From contig NW_027141846.1 of the NCBI RefSeq assembly GCF_036365525.1, positions 1 through 64,000 on the forward strand: a DNA stretch of 64,000 bases, written 5' to 3'. The stretch comes from Heterodontus francisci. Its lineage: Eukaryota. This document shows, one piece after another, positions 11,703-24,336 of the stretch (within the stretch, counting starts at the first letter, position 1; the number at the start of each line of letters is the position of its first letter). Made by a program: the position numbers and the translations under genes. A model generated the notes under the pieces. The model searched no databases, was not told the origin of the DNA, and worked only from the letters and a program-made list of their open reading frames with translations.

Positions 11703-14700
11703 GCACCTTATTTAATAACATTAAAAAGTGGAAAAGGCTGGAAATATGACATTAAAGCAAAAATGCTGGATATTTCTAAAGTGTGGTGCCCAGAACTGAA
11801 CATAATAATTCAGCTGGGCCCGAAACGTGATTTATAAAGGTTTAGCATAAGTTCCTTGCGATTGTAATCTATCCCTTCGTTTATAAAGCTAAGTGTCTGG
11901 TACCCACTAATCCACTCTCTTGCTTAGTTTCAATCTACAGTAAAAATCTGAACTCTCCACTCACTTCCGGTCAACTTTTTGGATCGTAGATTCCTGTGTT
12001 CACATTCATAATGGAAATCTGAAAGTAAGGTAATGGTTTTATCTGCATGGCTCGTTGCAATTATCCTTCAAACTCTTAACTCCACATTAGATGATGACTA
12101 TATTTGTTCTTTGCTTCTCTGTGGAAATTCTCCATGTAAACGTGTCACACTGTAATTATCCCTTCCCACCAGCAGAGGCACTGCAGTGCAACCACTAGCA
12201 GCAGGGTGACATTACAGCAGCAGGGACCCAGCCAGTTCCCATTATAATCATGGACAATGGAATTTGTTTGAAATATTAAAATAAGGACACAATATATGAC
12301 TGCACCTGAAGAATATACCTGATCTTGGCTCCATGCATACAATGCCATGTGAGACTGAATTACATAGAATATACAGCACAGAAACAGGCCATTTGGCCAA
12401 CTGGTCCATGCAGGTGTCTATGCCCCACGCGAGCCTCCTCCCATCCCTTTGCATTTCACCCGATCAACATCAACATCACCCTACCACGGAAAGCAGTCAA
12501 GGCCAAATCATTAAATATATTCAAGAAAAAGAGTTAGATATAGTTCTTAGGGCTAAAGGGATCAAGGGATACGGGGAGAAAGCAGGAACAGGGTACTGGG
12601 TTTGGATGATCAGCCATGATCGTGTTGAAAAGCGGTACAGGCGCGAAGGGCCGAAGGGCCTACTCCTATTTTTCTATGTTTCTAACATATCCTTCTATTC
12701 CTATTCCCCTCATGTACTTATCTAGGCTTCCCCCAAATGCATCTATGCTATTGACCTCAACCACTTTATGTGGCAGCAAGTTCCACATTGTTACCACTCT
12801 CTGGGTAAAGAAGTTTCTCCTGAATTCCGTATTGGATTTATTAGTGACTGTTTTTTATTTTATTTCTGGTTCACTAATATCCTTTAGGGAAGGAAATCTG
12901 CTGTCCTTACCTGGTCTGGCCTACATGTGACTCCAGACCCACAGCAATGTGGTTGACTCTTAAATGCCCTCTGAAATGGCCTAGCAAGACACTCAGTTGT
13001 CCAGGGCAATTAGGGATGGGCAATAAATGCTGGCTTTGCCATTGACGCCCACATCCATATAAAAAAAAAACAAATTTATCGCCTCTGTTTTTCCACTCCC
13101 CTACAAGGGGCAACATCTTTTTTTTACATCTAACCCATCATGGAAATTTACAACACAGAAGGAGGCCATTCAGCCCATCCTGTGTACGCCAGCCAAAAAA
13201 GAGCTACCCAGCCTAATCCCACTTTCCAGCTCTTAGTCTGTTGCCCCACAGGTTATGGCGATTTAGGTGCATATCCAAGTGATTTTGACCTGTCATAAGG
13301 GTTTCTGCTTCTACCACCCTTTCAAGCAGTAAGACCCCCTACCACCCTCTGGGTGAATATTTCTCCTCAACTCCCCTCTAATCCTTCTACCAATTACTTT
13401 AAATCTATGCCCCCTTGTTATTGACCTCTCTGCTAAGGGAAATAGGTCCTTCCTATCCACTCTATCCAGGCCCCCCCCCCACCCCCATAATTTCATACAC
13501 CTCAATTAAATCTCTCCTCAGCCTTCTCTGTTCCAAAGTAAACAACCCCAGCCTATCCAACCTTTCCTCCTAGTTAAAATTCCAGCATTCCTGGCAACAT
13601 CCTCACAAATTTCCTTTCGACCTTCCCTAGGGCAATCAACCCTACATTAGTTCATCCCGCAGCCTTCTCCGTTCAAGGGAAAAGCGCCCAAAACCTGTTC
13701 TGTCTTTCCTGATAGTTATGAACTGTCAGTTCTGGCATTATCCTGATCCATCTTGACTGACAGTGCTTTCCTTAAAGAATCCTGGAAGGATTGTTATATG
13801 ACCTGCCCACATCCAACTGGTCCACCCACACTCTTCCATTATTAGTCGACAGACATGACCATCCTCATGGTGCCCGCCTTTCCCCCACCAATTGGAAACT
13901 AACAGACTCTTCAGTAACTGACTGGATGGTTCTCGACTGTCAGTCACACAGCCTTTCACGCCCCCCCCCACCAACTCGAGTATTTTTTACAAAGAATAAA
14001 CTAAAGCCTTCAAAGAACTGCTTCACAGCATCCCAGCCACCATACTTATCAAGTTAGAATGATTAACACCAAACAGCTTTAACGTAGCAGCTTTATTAAT
14101 CAACGATGGCACGAGTGCTTTCCTGGACTCTGCTTTGTGTCTCTGGAATATTTACATTCTTCTTTAAAAACCATTACCAACTCACCCTCAGAAATCCATC
14201 CATGAATGCTAAACCCGCCACATAAAACTGCAACGCGTTTTCTCACACAGAAGTGATTACACTTTCTTTTTTAATCGTTTTGCCAGTTCTCGTCCCTTCT
14301 CTTTGAGTGCAATGTCTCTTGCGAGGGCACAGTTCCTCGCTCAATTTTCTCGCTCCTGGTTTACCTTTAGTTGCTGCTCTGACTCCTAACACTCTTTTAA
14401 AAGTTCGAACCACACTAGTTCTTAATTGTGGCACCGGGCAGCCATTCGGCCATGGAGGCTGCACTCGCCCAAAGTCCACGCTCACCTTTTCAGTAGATGG
14501 TCGCTGGATACTGATCAGGAGTGGGCGCCCTGGCTGACCTTCTCCCCCAGACTCCCCTCACCTCTCTAGCTCAGCGGCACTGAGTCCAACTGTAGCGCAC
14601 CCCCCTACTGTTGGCCCAGCTGACTATGGGGGCTATAGTGAGGCCTTCCTAGTGTATGTAGCTCAGTGGCGCACCACACAGTAACCCGTTGAAAACTGGA

Positions 14701-17700
14701 ATACTGTGACTTGATGCTGAGGTATTTAATGGAGCGTAACTTCATCTCATTGAGTTTAAAATGTCATCAAAGTGGTAGCTTATTCTGGAGTCAGCTGTTG
14801 TAGTGAAGTGTGTCTGACTGGGGAGACTGGTTCTTGCCTTGCATTAGAGGCTGACTTTGGTCCCCTAGGAAGTGGATTCAATTCCATGGCAAACTTTTAA
14901 TTTAAGTCATTCTTGAAATATATGCATCGCTGACACCATCCTGAGCTGCCTCTCGAGAAAGTGGTATTGGGCCTCCTTGTTAAATTGAAATCCATGGGGT
15001 GAAGGTAATCCCACTGTGCTGTCCAGGTCAGGATGGTGTGTGTGGCTTGGAGGGGAACTTGGAGGTGGTGGTGTTCCCAGGGGTCTGCTGCCCTTGTCTG
15101 TCTAGATGGTGAAGGGATCAAGGGATATGAGAAGAAAGCGGGAACAAGGTACTGAATTAGACGATCAGCCATGATCTTTTTTGAATGGCAGAGCAGGCCC
15201 GAAGGGCCGAATGGCCTACTCCTGCTCCTATTTTCTATGTTTCAATGCTTGGAAGGTGCCGTCAAAGAATCCTTGGTGAGTTGCTGACATATAGGATGAA
15301 AGGTGCACTGGCTATAAGGTACTTCCATAAATGGACTTGTACCGATTCAAGTAGAACTGGGGCCAGAGCCTTCATGCAAGACATAATTGGCAATTTCACT
15401 CGAGACAGTTTTGCACTAACATAGGGCCACGTCCACCACGTAGAAGGTCAAGATTCGTGAGAACAGCATCGCCTCAAAGTCACACACCGTCCTGACTTGG
15501 ACATATATAATCGGCCATTACTTCGCTGTCGCTGGGCCAAAGTCCTGGGATTCCCTCCTGGCCAGCACTGTGGGAGCACCCTCACCACACTGACTTCAGG
15601 CAGTCAAAAAGGCAGCCCCAACCGCCACCTTCTCAAGGGGCAACTCGGGATGGGCAATAAATGCCAGTGAACAGCATTCATGTGTGCGTTACAGTTTCCT
15701 GGTTTACCTTTAGTTGCTGTTCTGACTCCTAGCAGTCTTTTAAAAGTTCGAACCACACTAGTTCTTACTTTGCCCCCAGCCACATTGCAAGACTGGTCAG
15801 ACAGCTAAAATCCCTGGGGCTGGATGTTGGAGAGACATTAAGAGGATTGACGATAATGACGCCTCTTGTATCTGTGCGTATGAACCCACGTGCACCCCAT
15901 GAGTCATTGTTCAAATTGTACTGGCATAATCAGTCAGTCACTGAAAATAAATTGTTCCTCAGGGCATGAGGGTCACCTTGACATCAGGAGTAACACAGCA
16001 ATAAATCAGTCAGAAATACAACCGGTTGCCAAAATGCAGTCTCCTAGGGTAGGCAGCCCTCCACAAATGTTCTGGAATCTTCAGGGATTAAAGTATAAAC
16101 GTTGCTGCAAGCCGATGCCAGTGTGAAAAATCATGGGAGAATTTACCCAAAATTAAAAGACTTCTTCATTTAATGGTTGGTGGGTGATGGAGAAAAATGG
16201 TTGTTTGACCGAGTGGGAATGTGGCCAATCAGAGTTGGCAAACTCAGCTTACACCCAGCGGCAGAGTTCCAGCTTCAGTGAGTGCAGCTATAGGCAGCAT
16301 CATCACTACTGTTCGCCCTCTCCACTTTTTACCTCCTCTCCTGAGGGTGTCGAGTGTGGTGGGGGGTGGTGAGTGGGGGGGGTTGGTACAGTTGCAAGGA
16401 TGCCAGTCATCCTCTGATATGTCATCCCACCACCATGGTGAGCCCAGGCACTAACACCAGCGCACCGAGCACAATGGGACAAGTGGGTATCAGTCTAAGT
16501 GTCGACTGCCCCAAGGCGCCTTGCAAATGGAAATAAGACAGGCAAGTGAATAAAGGGTGATGGAGGGAGTGAGGTTAGGAGGGGGGTGGGGTGGGGGGGG
16601 GGGGGAGGAACAGAAAGCTTGGTTGAAAAACATAGGTTTTGAGATGGCCCTTAAATGGAGAGAAAGGGAGAGGTTTAGGAAGGGAATTCCAGATATTGGG
16701 CCAAGTGGATTGGAGGGTAGGGAAGAAAGGAAGGAAAGGTTTTGGTGTTGGTTGAGGGATAAATACTGGGCAGGGCACCAGGGAGAACTCCCCAGCTCCT
16801 CTGGAACGGGTCTTTAACCCACAACCATCTGACTTGGAGGAGAGAATGCTACCACCAAGTCACAGCAGACAGGTTGCACAGAGTGGATGGAGGAAGGCCG
16901 GAGAGGGATTTGAAGACGTGGGTTTGTAACAATAGTTTCGGAACGGGGTGGGGGTGGGGATGGGGGGGGGGGCCCCTGCGAGAATGAGGGTGATGGGCGG
17001 AGGGCACTGAGTGAAGCAGAGCTTGGAGTTGGAACGATGGAGAATGGGAGACTCAGACATGAGAAACTTCAGAGATATGAGTTTTAGCGGCATGAGTATG
17101 GAAGTGGGAAATAGTCCACAGTTGAAAAGAGGAAGTCTTGGCAATGGATAGGGCATGGAGGTGACGAAGTTGGACAGGCTATTGGACTACAGGGGGCATC
17201 ACTGCCTTTCCCAACAGCCAAACCTTTGAGCCAGGGTCATGTCCCAAGGGTTCTCACGCCAAGTGCAGCAGCTCTGCTACGCAAGCGGACAGCAGCGAAC
17301 TGGGCACAGGCCAGCGATGGAGGTTGCTCTTTTCCTGTTCTGAGTGGCTCCGTGCCACACCAGGAGGGCACTTTGCCCCCAACGCTAACAGGTTCCCTCA
17401 GCCGGTTTTTAAGCAGTAATTAAATATAAAAGCCCAGAATTCGGAACGCCGACGGCATTTCGCCATTGCAATCCAACCATTTTCAAGATATTGAAAGATG
17501 CGGGGCCAGGTGGGGGAATTCCAAACTCTAGGTGCCAACTTGGCAGGAAGGGGAACTGGGCAATGCCGGCAGAGCCCAGATCAAAGGCCTTGCCAGAAAT
17601 TGCAGGCTGTTAGTGGAGGTCGATGGGGGAATGGAGGTTCCTGGGAGTGAAATGAAGGGGGTTTCCCCCCAAACCTCCACCCCTGACCCTTAACCCCTGT

Positions 17701-17763
17701 CCCCCCTCAACCCCATTTGCTGGCTCCGCCATTGGAGGGAGATGCCCCCGACTCCTCACTCTG

Positions 17764-18005
17764 TCACCGGTTAACGGAAGGCAAAATGGACTCGTAGGTA
17801 GGGGGATCAGGGTGGCCTCGGGGTTGCTGGTCGCCTTTCAGTCCATTGCTCTGAGGGGAGGGGTGCAAGACCATCTCCTCTTCCTCCTCCTCCTCGTCCT
17901 CGGCCAGAGGAAGGTTAAAGATGTGGGTAAGACCGTGTAAACCCACTGCCTTGTGGAAGGTCTGGATGAGGAGCAGCATCACAATGAGGCCACACAGTAG
18001 GTAGA
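17764..18005 (-). CDS. KCNK6: KCNK6 coding exon 3 (242 nt; M4 and C-tail)
   Basis: Acceptor ttgcag|TC. Encodes FYLLCGLIVMLLLIQTFHKAVGLHGLTHIF...PPTYESILPSVNR. TGA at 17766-17764. Confidence 0.9.
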
Positions 18006-18134
18006 CTGCAAGAGATAGAAACATCACATTATTCTCAGACTCAAGCACCAGTCACCAACATTTCAGAAAACCCAATGATATTGAATGATACAGGTCTATC
18101 CCAATGTTTATGCTCCACATGAGCCCCCTCTCAA

Positions 18135-18770
18135 CTTACTCCTGCTAACCCCTCTCTCTCTCTCTCTGCCTCTACCCTCTCTCCCTCCCCCCTTCCCTCT
18201 CCCCCTCTCTTTCTCCCATTCTCTCCCTCTCTCACAGGTCCTCTCTCTCACTATCCCTTCTCTCTCTCTCACTCTCCCCCTCTCTTGCTCTTTCTTCTCT
18301 CTTTCCTCCTTCTTTCCCCTCTCTCTGTCTCCTCACCTCACTATCCCTCACTCACTCTCTCTTTCTCCACCCTCACTCCCTTTCTCTCTCTTTCCCCCTT
18401 CCTTCACTCTCTCTCCCCCTCTCTCGCTTCCCTGCCTCGGTTCAGTGGGTCACACCCTCGACTCTAAGTCAGAAGTTTCTTGATTAAGGTCCCACTTCAG
18501 AGACTCCCAGTGTTAGCGAGTTAGCAGCACTGCACTGTCGGGGGGCATAAACAGGAGAGGGGAAGAGAAAGGGTAGTCAGAGAGGGGCTGTGAGAGGGAG
18601 AATGAGAGTGAGAGAAGGGTAAAGAGAGGACAGGAGAAAGATAGGGGGAGAGAAAGGGGTTGTGAGGGGATAAAGGGAGAGAGAAAGGGGAGCGGGAGAG
18701 GGGTAAAGAGAGGGAGAAACACACACACACACACACACAGAGGGGGAGGGGAGAGAGAGAGAGAGAGATC
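18135..18770. repeat. CT-rich then GA-rich low-complexity tracts with (CA)n, KCNK6 intron 2
   Basis: Polypyrimidine 18135-18435; polypurine 18550-18770. Confidence 0.8.
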
Positions 18771-18796
18771 CCATCTGAAAGTTGTAACTGAGGGTA

Positions 18797-20800
18797 ACAT
18801 AAGAAATGGGAGCAGGAACAGACCATTTGGGTCTTTGAGCCTGTTTGACCATTCAATTGCACTTTCCCACCCATTCCCCATATCCCTCAATTCCCTGAGA
18901 GACCAAAATTCTATCTATCTCAGCTTTAAATATATTCAATGATGGAGGATCCACACTCTCTGGGGTAGAGAATTACAAAGATTCACAACCTTCTGAGTGA
19001 AGTAATTTCTCCTCATCTCAGTCCTAAATGTTCAGCCCCTTATCCTGAGACTGTGCCCCCGTGTTTTAGATTCCCCAGCTAGGGGCGGGGGGAACAACCT
19101 CTCAGTGTCAGAAACCTATATAAAAGCAAAATACTGCAGATGCTGGATATCCAAAATAAAAACAAAAAGTGCTGGAAGTACTGAGCAGGTCTGGCAACAT
19201 CTGTGGAGACAGAAGCAGAGTTAACGTTTCAGGTCTCTGATGAAAGGTCACAGACCTGAAACGTTGACTTTGCTTCTCTCTCCACAGATGGTGCCGGACC
19301 AGCTGAGCATTTCCAGCTCTTTTTGTTTTCATCCCTTCAGAAACTTGTATGTTTCAATGAGATCACCTCTCATTCTTCTAAACTCCATAGAATAAAGATC
19401 CACTTTACATATAGGACAACTCTCTCAGCCCAGGGACCAATCTAATGAACCTTTGCTGTACTGTCTCCAAGGCAAGTATATCCTTCCCTAAATATGGAGA
19501 CCAAAGCTGTACACAGTACTTCAGATGCGGTCTCACCATAGCCCTGTACAATTGTAGCAAGACCTCTTTATTCCTGTACTCCAATCCCCTTGTAATAAAG
19601 GCCAACATGCCATTTGCCTTCCTAGTTGCTTGCTGTACCTGCATGCTAACTTTCTGTGTTCCTTGTGCAACTACACCCAAGTCTCTTTGAACATCAACAT
19701 TTAGAAATTTCACGCCTTTTAAAAAATATTTTACTTCTCTGTTCTGAGTATCAAAGTGAATAACCTCACACTTCCTCACATTATACTCCATTTGCCACCT
19801 TGTTGCCCACTCACTTAACCTGTCTATATCTCTTTGCAGTTTCTCTGTGTCCTCCTCACAGCTTGCATTTCTACCAACTTTATATCATCAGCAAACTTCG
19901 ATACATTACTCTCTGTCTCTTCGTCCAAGTCATTAATATAGAGTGTAAATAGCTGAAGCCCCAGCACTGATCCTTGCGGCACTCCACTATTCACTGTCTG
20001 CCAACTTGAAAATGCCCCATTTATCCCTACTCTTTGCTTCCTGTCTGTTAACCAATCCTCTGTCCATGCTGATATATCACCCCCAACTCCATGAGCCCTT
20101 ATCTTGTGTATTAAACTTTTGTGTGGCACTTTATTGAATGCCTTTCGGAAATCCAGGTATACTACATCTACTGGTTCCCCTTTATCCACCCTACCAGTTA
20201 CATCCGCAAAAAACTCTAATAGGTTTGTCAAACACGATTTCCCTTTCATAAAACCATGCTGACTTTGCCTGATCATACGATGGTTTTCTAATTGCATGAT
20301 TAAGACTTCTTCAATAATAGATTCCAGCACTTTCTGAAAGAATGATGTTAGACTAACATGCCTGTAGTTCCCTGTTTTTTCTCTCTCCCTCTTTTCTTGT
20401 TACATTTGATAACTTCCAATCCGTTGGGACTATTCTTGAATCTAGGGAATTCTGGAAAATCATAACCAGCGCATCCACTATCTCTGCAGCTACCTCTTTT
20501 AGATGTGGGCCAGCAGTTTCTAGGGATTTGTCAGATGTTAGTCCCCTAAGTTTTTCCAGTACTTTTCTCTGCTGATATCAATTACCTGAATTGCCTCCCT
20601 CTTATTCGCCCCTTGGTTACCCTTGATTTCTGGTATGTAACTTGTGTCTTCTCCTGCAGAGATAGACAAAAAATATTTGTTCAATGTCTCTGCCATGTCC
20701 TCATTCCCCGTGATAATTTCTCCAGTCTCTGCATCTAAAGGACCAATGTTTACTTTAGCTACTCTCCTCCTTTTTATGTACTTGTAAAAGCTCTTACAAT
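18797..20800 (-). mobile_element. CR1-clade LINE filling most of KCNK6 intron 2, interrupted by a palindromic element
   Basis: [65 protein letters not shown]. Contains frameshifts. Confidence 0.9.
19122..19331. mobile_element. Palindromic non-autonomous element (likely Penelope-like terminal-repeat derivative) with hammerhead-like core
   Basis: Long inverted arms (gctggaagtactgagcaggtctggcaacatctgtggaga...agttaacgtttcaggtc / gacctgaaacgttgact...tctccacagatggtgccggaccagctgagcatttccagc). CTGATGA...GAAAC at the centre. Confidence 0.65.
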
Positions 20801-20823
20801 CCTGGTGATGAGCCATTACTTAC

Positions 20824-21219
20824 AGGCAACCGACATCTTGTAGAGTGGGCGCAGTTTCTGGTTGGTCTGCTCTCCGGGAACATAGTCACCCAGGCCGATG
20901 GTGGTGAGGGAGATGAAGCAGAAATAGAAGGCGTCAAGGAAGGACCAGTTCCTCTCAATGGCGCTGAAGATGGCAGAGGGGATGAGGAAGAAGCTGACCA
21001 GCGCCAGCAGGAGCAGGAGGAGGAAATGCACCCTGGTCACCTGCTGCTTGGTGTAGCCTAGCCTCGCCTGGCACAAACGGATGGGGCGGTACGTCAGGAA
21101 GACCATCAGTCGCTGGGCAATCACCGTGAGAACCAGCATCGTCAGAGGGACACCCAGGGAAGCGAAGAAAATGGAGAAAGCTTTCCCCCCATTGGAGAGA
21201 GGAGTTGTGTGACCATAAC
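20824..21219 (-). CDS. KCNK6: KCNK6 coding exon 2 (396 nt; M2, M3, pore 2)
   Basis: Acceptor ctgcag|GT completes GYG. Encodes YGHTTPLSNGGKAF...TIGLGDYVPGE...YKMSVA. Donor CCT|gtaagt. Confidence 0.93.
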
Positions 21220-21269
21220 CTGCAGAGCAGAAATTTGCATTTAAAGTCATAAAAATATAGAAAAACTAA

Positions 21270-21640
21270 GAACTTGCATTTCTACAGCCCCTTTCACAAC
21301 CTCAGGACATCCCAAAGCTCTTTGTAGTCAATGAAGTACTTTTGAAGTGTAGTCACTGCTGTGATGTAGGCAATACAGCAGCCAATTTGCCCACAGCAAG
21401 CTCCCACAAACAGCAATGTGATAATGACCAGATCGTCTGTTTTTCAGTGTTGATGGTTGGGGGATAAATATTGGGCTGGACACAGGGGAGAACTCCCCTG
21501 CTCTTCTTTGGAACAGTGTTTCAGGATCTTTTGTACCCATTTGAGAGGGCAGATGAGGCCTCAGTTTAACATCTCATCCGAAAGACAACACCTCCGACAA
21601 TGCAGCACTCCCTCAGTACTGCACCGGAGCGTCAGCCAAG
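21270..21640 (-). mobile_element. Deu-domain-type tRNA SINE (SacSINE1/AmnSINE1-like)
   Basis: cagtactgagggagtgctgca...agagcaggggagttctcccc.gtgtcc.g.ccaatatttatccc...gctgtttgtgggagcttgctgtg...aaatgcaag. More than 10 copies in the window. Family name is from recall. Confidence 0.78.
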
Positions 21641-23099
21641 AGAAGCTGCCGCAGATGTGATGCCTCCCATGACCAAATAACCCACTGGCACTGACTGCCA
21701 AGGTTTAGACACAAAGAATGGCCGCTCAGGGAATACACCAGCCTTTGTTGGACCACACTGAAACGGGGATAAATGGTTCTTCAAGAGGATGGTCAGACGA
21801 CAAGATCACAGTAGGGTTGCCAACACTGGTTGGACATATTCCTCCAGGTATTGTCACATGATCCTCCCACCTCCAACAACCCCATCTCACCATTGGTCAT
21901 CCGACATGTCCATCATCATCAGGCCTCATTCTCCACGTGCCCTCTATTGGTTACTTGAAATGCCCATCATCACTAGGCACCGCCCTCCCACACCAACTGG
22001 AAGGCAAACAGACTCTTTTACCTGATTGGACGATGCCCGACTGTCAGTCAAAGCAGCCTTTTTTTGGCTCCATCTCCAATATTTTAGAACTAATAGATAA
22101 AAATGTTCAAAGAAAATGAAACAAACAATTTTTTTTAACGTCCCTAATACTTTTCTCTGGCGTCGGTGGAAGCAGGGCCAAGGAACCTGAGATATAGGAG
22201 CTGGAGTTAGACCATTTAGCCCTTTGAGCAAGATCATGGCTGATCTCCCACCTCAACTCCACCTTCCCGCACTATCCCCATATCCCTCCAATCCCTTAGT
22301 ACCCAAAGATCTATCAACCTCAGTCTTGAATGTACACAACGACTGAGCATCCATAACTCCCTGAGGCAGAGAATTCTAAAGATTCACAACCCTCTGAGTA
22401 AAGTAATTTCTCCTCATCTCAGTCCTAAATTCCGACCCCTTATTCTGAGACTGCGGCCCCTGTGTTCTAGATTCCCAAGCCCAGCATCTACCCTGTCAAA
22501 CCCTTAAGAATTTTATACGTTTCAATGAGATCATCTCTCATTCTTATAAACTCTAGGGAATATAGACCCGCTCTCCTCAGAGGACAATCCCCTCATCTCA
22601 GGAATCAGTCTAGTGAACTTTCATTGCACTCCCTCCAAGGCAAGTATGTCCCTCCTTTGGCAAGGAGACCAAAACTGTACACAGTACTCCTGGCGTAGCC
22701 TCACCAATGTCCTGCATAACTGTAGTAAGACTTCTTAACTCTTATACTCCAATCCCGTTGTAACTAAAGATTACCCTTAAAGGCCTTCAGACTCCAACAC
22801 ATTTCTGGGCTCTTGGCCCCCATTGTCTGTGACGCTCAAAAGGAGTCCTGTTCTTCTCCATTCACCCTCAGTGAGGCCGGGAATGTGCTGACAGGCTCTT
22901 TGCCAGTTCAGCTGTTTGGTGTCAGCACTCAGACATGTGGTAATTCCAGAAAGTGCACAAAGGCAAGGTAATACAGCAGAATGTTCCCACCCAGCAGCTG
23001 CCCTGCAGGCCAGACACATTCAAAAGAAAAACAAACAGCTCAATACCCACGGCCAACAACTACTGCAGCTACACACGAGCACAATTACCCAGCATTGGA

Positions 23100-23490
23100 C
23101 TTGAGCCCAGAATCCAGGCTAACACTCCCAGTGCAGTACTGATGGAGAGCTGCACTGTCAGAGGTGCCGTCTTTTGCATGAGACACTAAACCGAGGCCCT
23201 GTCTGTCCTCTCAGGTGGATGCAAAAGATCCCAAGGCACTATTTTGAAGAGGAGCAGGGGAGTTCTCTCCAGTGTCCTGGTCAATATTTATCCCTCAATC
23301 AACATCACAAAAAACAGATGATCTGGTCATTATCTCATTGCTGCTGTTGGGATCTTGCTGTGCGTAAATTGGCTGCCATGTTCCCTACATTACAACAGTG
23401 CCTATGCTTCAAAAAAAGTAGTTGATTGGCTGTAAAGTGCTTTGGGATGTCCCGAGCTTGTGAAAAAGGTTTAGAAATGCAGGCCATTCT
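23100..23490 (+). mobile_element. Deu-domain-type SINE copy
   Basis: Same conserved body and tail. Confidence 0.78.
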
Positions 23491-24336
23491 TTATCAGGAT
23501 TCCTCCACTCTTGTCTTGGACTCCTGACGTCTAAGCAACACACAACCGAATGGCACTAGGTGAATTGCTCAAAGAGCTGGTGCAGACATGATGGGCCGAA
23601 TGGCCTCCTTCTGTGCTGTAACAACCCCTACCCCTCCCCCCCCCCGTTAACCCTCCACTCTTAGAGAGTCACACAGCACAGCACAGAAACAGGCCCTTCA
23701 GCCCATCATGTTTGTGCCGGCCATCAAGCATCTATCTATTCTAATCCCATCTTCCAGCATTTGGCCCGTAGCCTTGTACGTTTTGGCTCTCCCCTTCCTC
23801 TCTCCGTTTCTCCACTCCCCTCCCATCCCCCCACTCCCCACCTCACCCCTCCCCAGGAAGCAATCTGACACCGTTTGGGATTGTATACAAGTGTTCATCT
23901 AAGGTAGCTTGCTCTTCCGGAATGTTCCACCTGGATGAAGTATTGCACAGATCTCTCTAAAAAAATAACATAAATCGGGGTGGGTGGGGAGTGAGATGGG
24001 TACGAAAATCAGTTCATAAAGTCCTCCGTGACTCCTCAGGTCTCAGCTCCTCATTTGCTCCCTGCACAAGACCAACCTGGAGTTCCTCTGGGAGTGTCAT
24101 CAGCGTTACACGGTGCAGATCCCAGAGGTTTCCATTTGCTCGGAGTCAAAGATCAGCTGAGCTGGTAGTGCTGAGTCCGGTTACCAACTACTAACTCTTG
24201 TTGTTAAATGTGAACGGAAACGGAGGACTAGATCAGGCTCCAGCTATGATGCTTGCACCTATCTCCATCCCGGTCCAACAGTGCTGAATTCCCCCCATCT
24301 AGACTCACACAAGCAATATGGCCACTTGGGCAAGGG

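Noticed and set aside
11290-11837. Pro/Cys/His-rich ORFs upstream of PPP5C as a divergent gene
   Set aside because: They coincide with a degenerate tandem repeat and are open in several frames on both strands.
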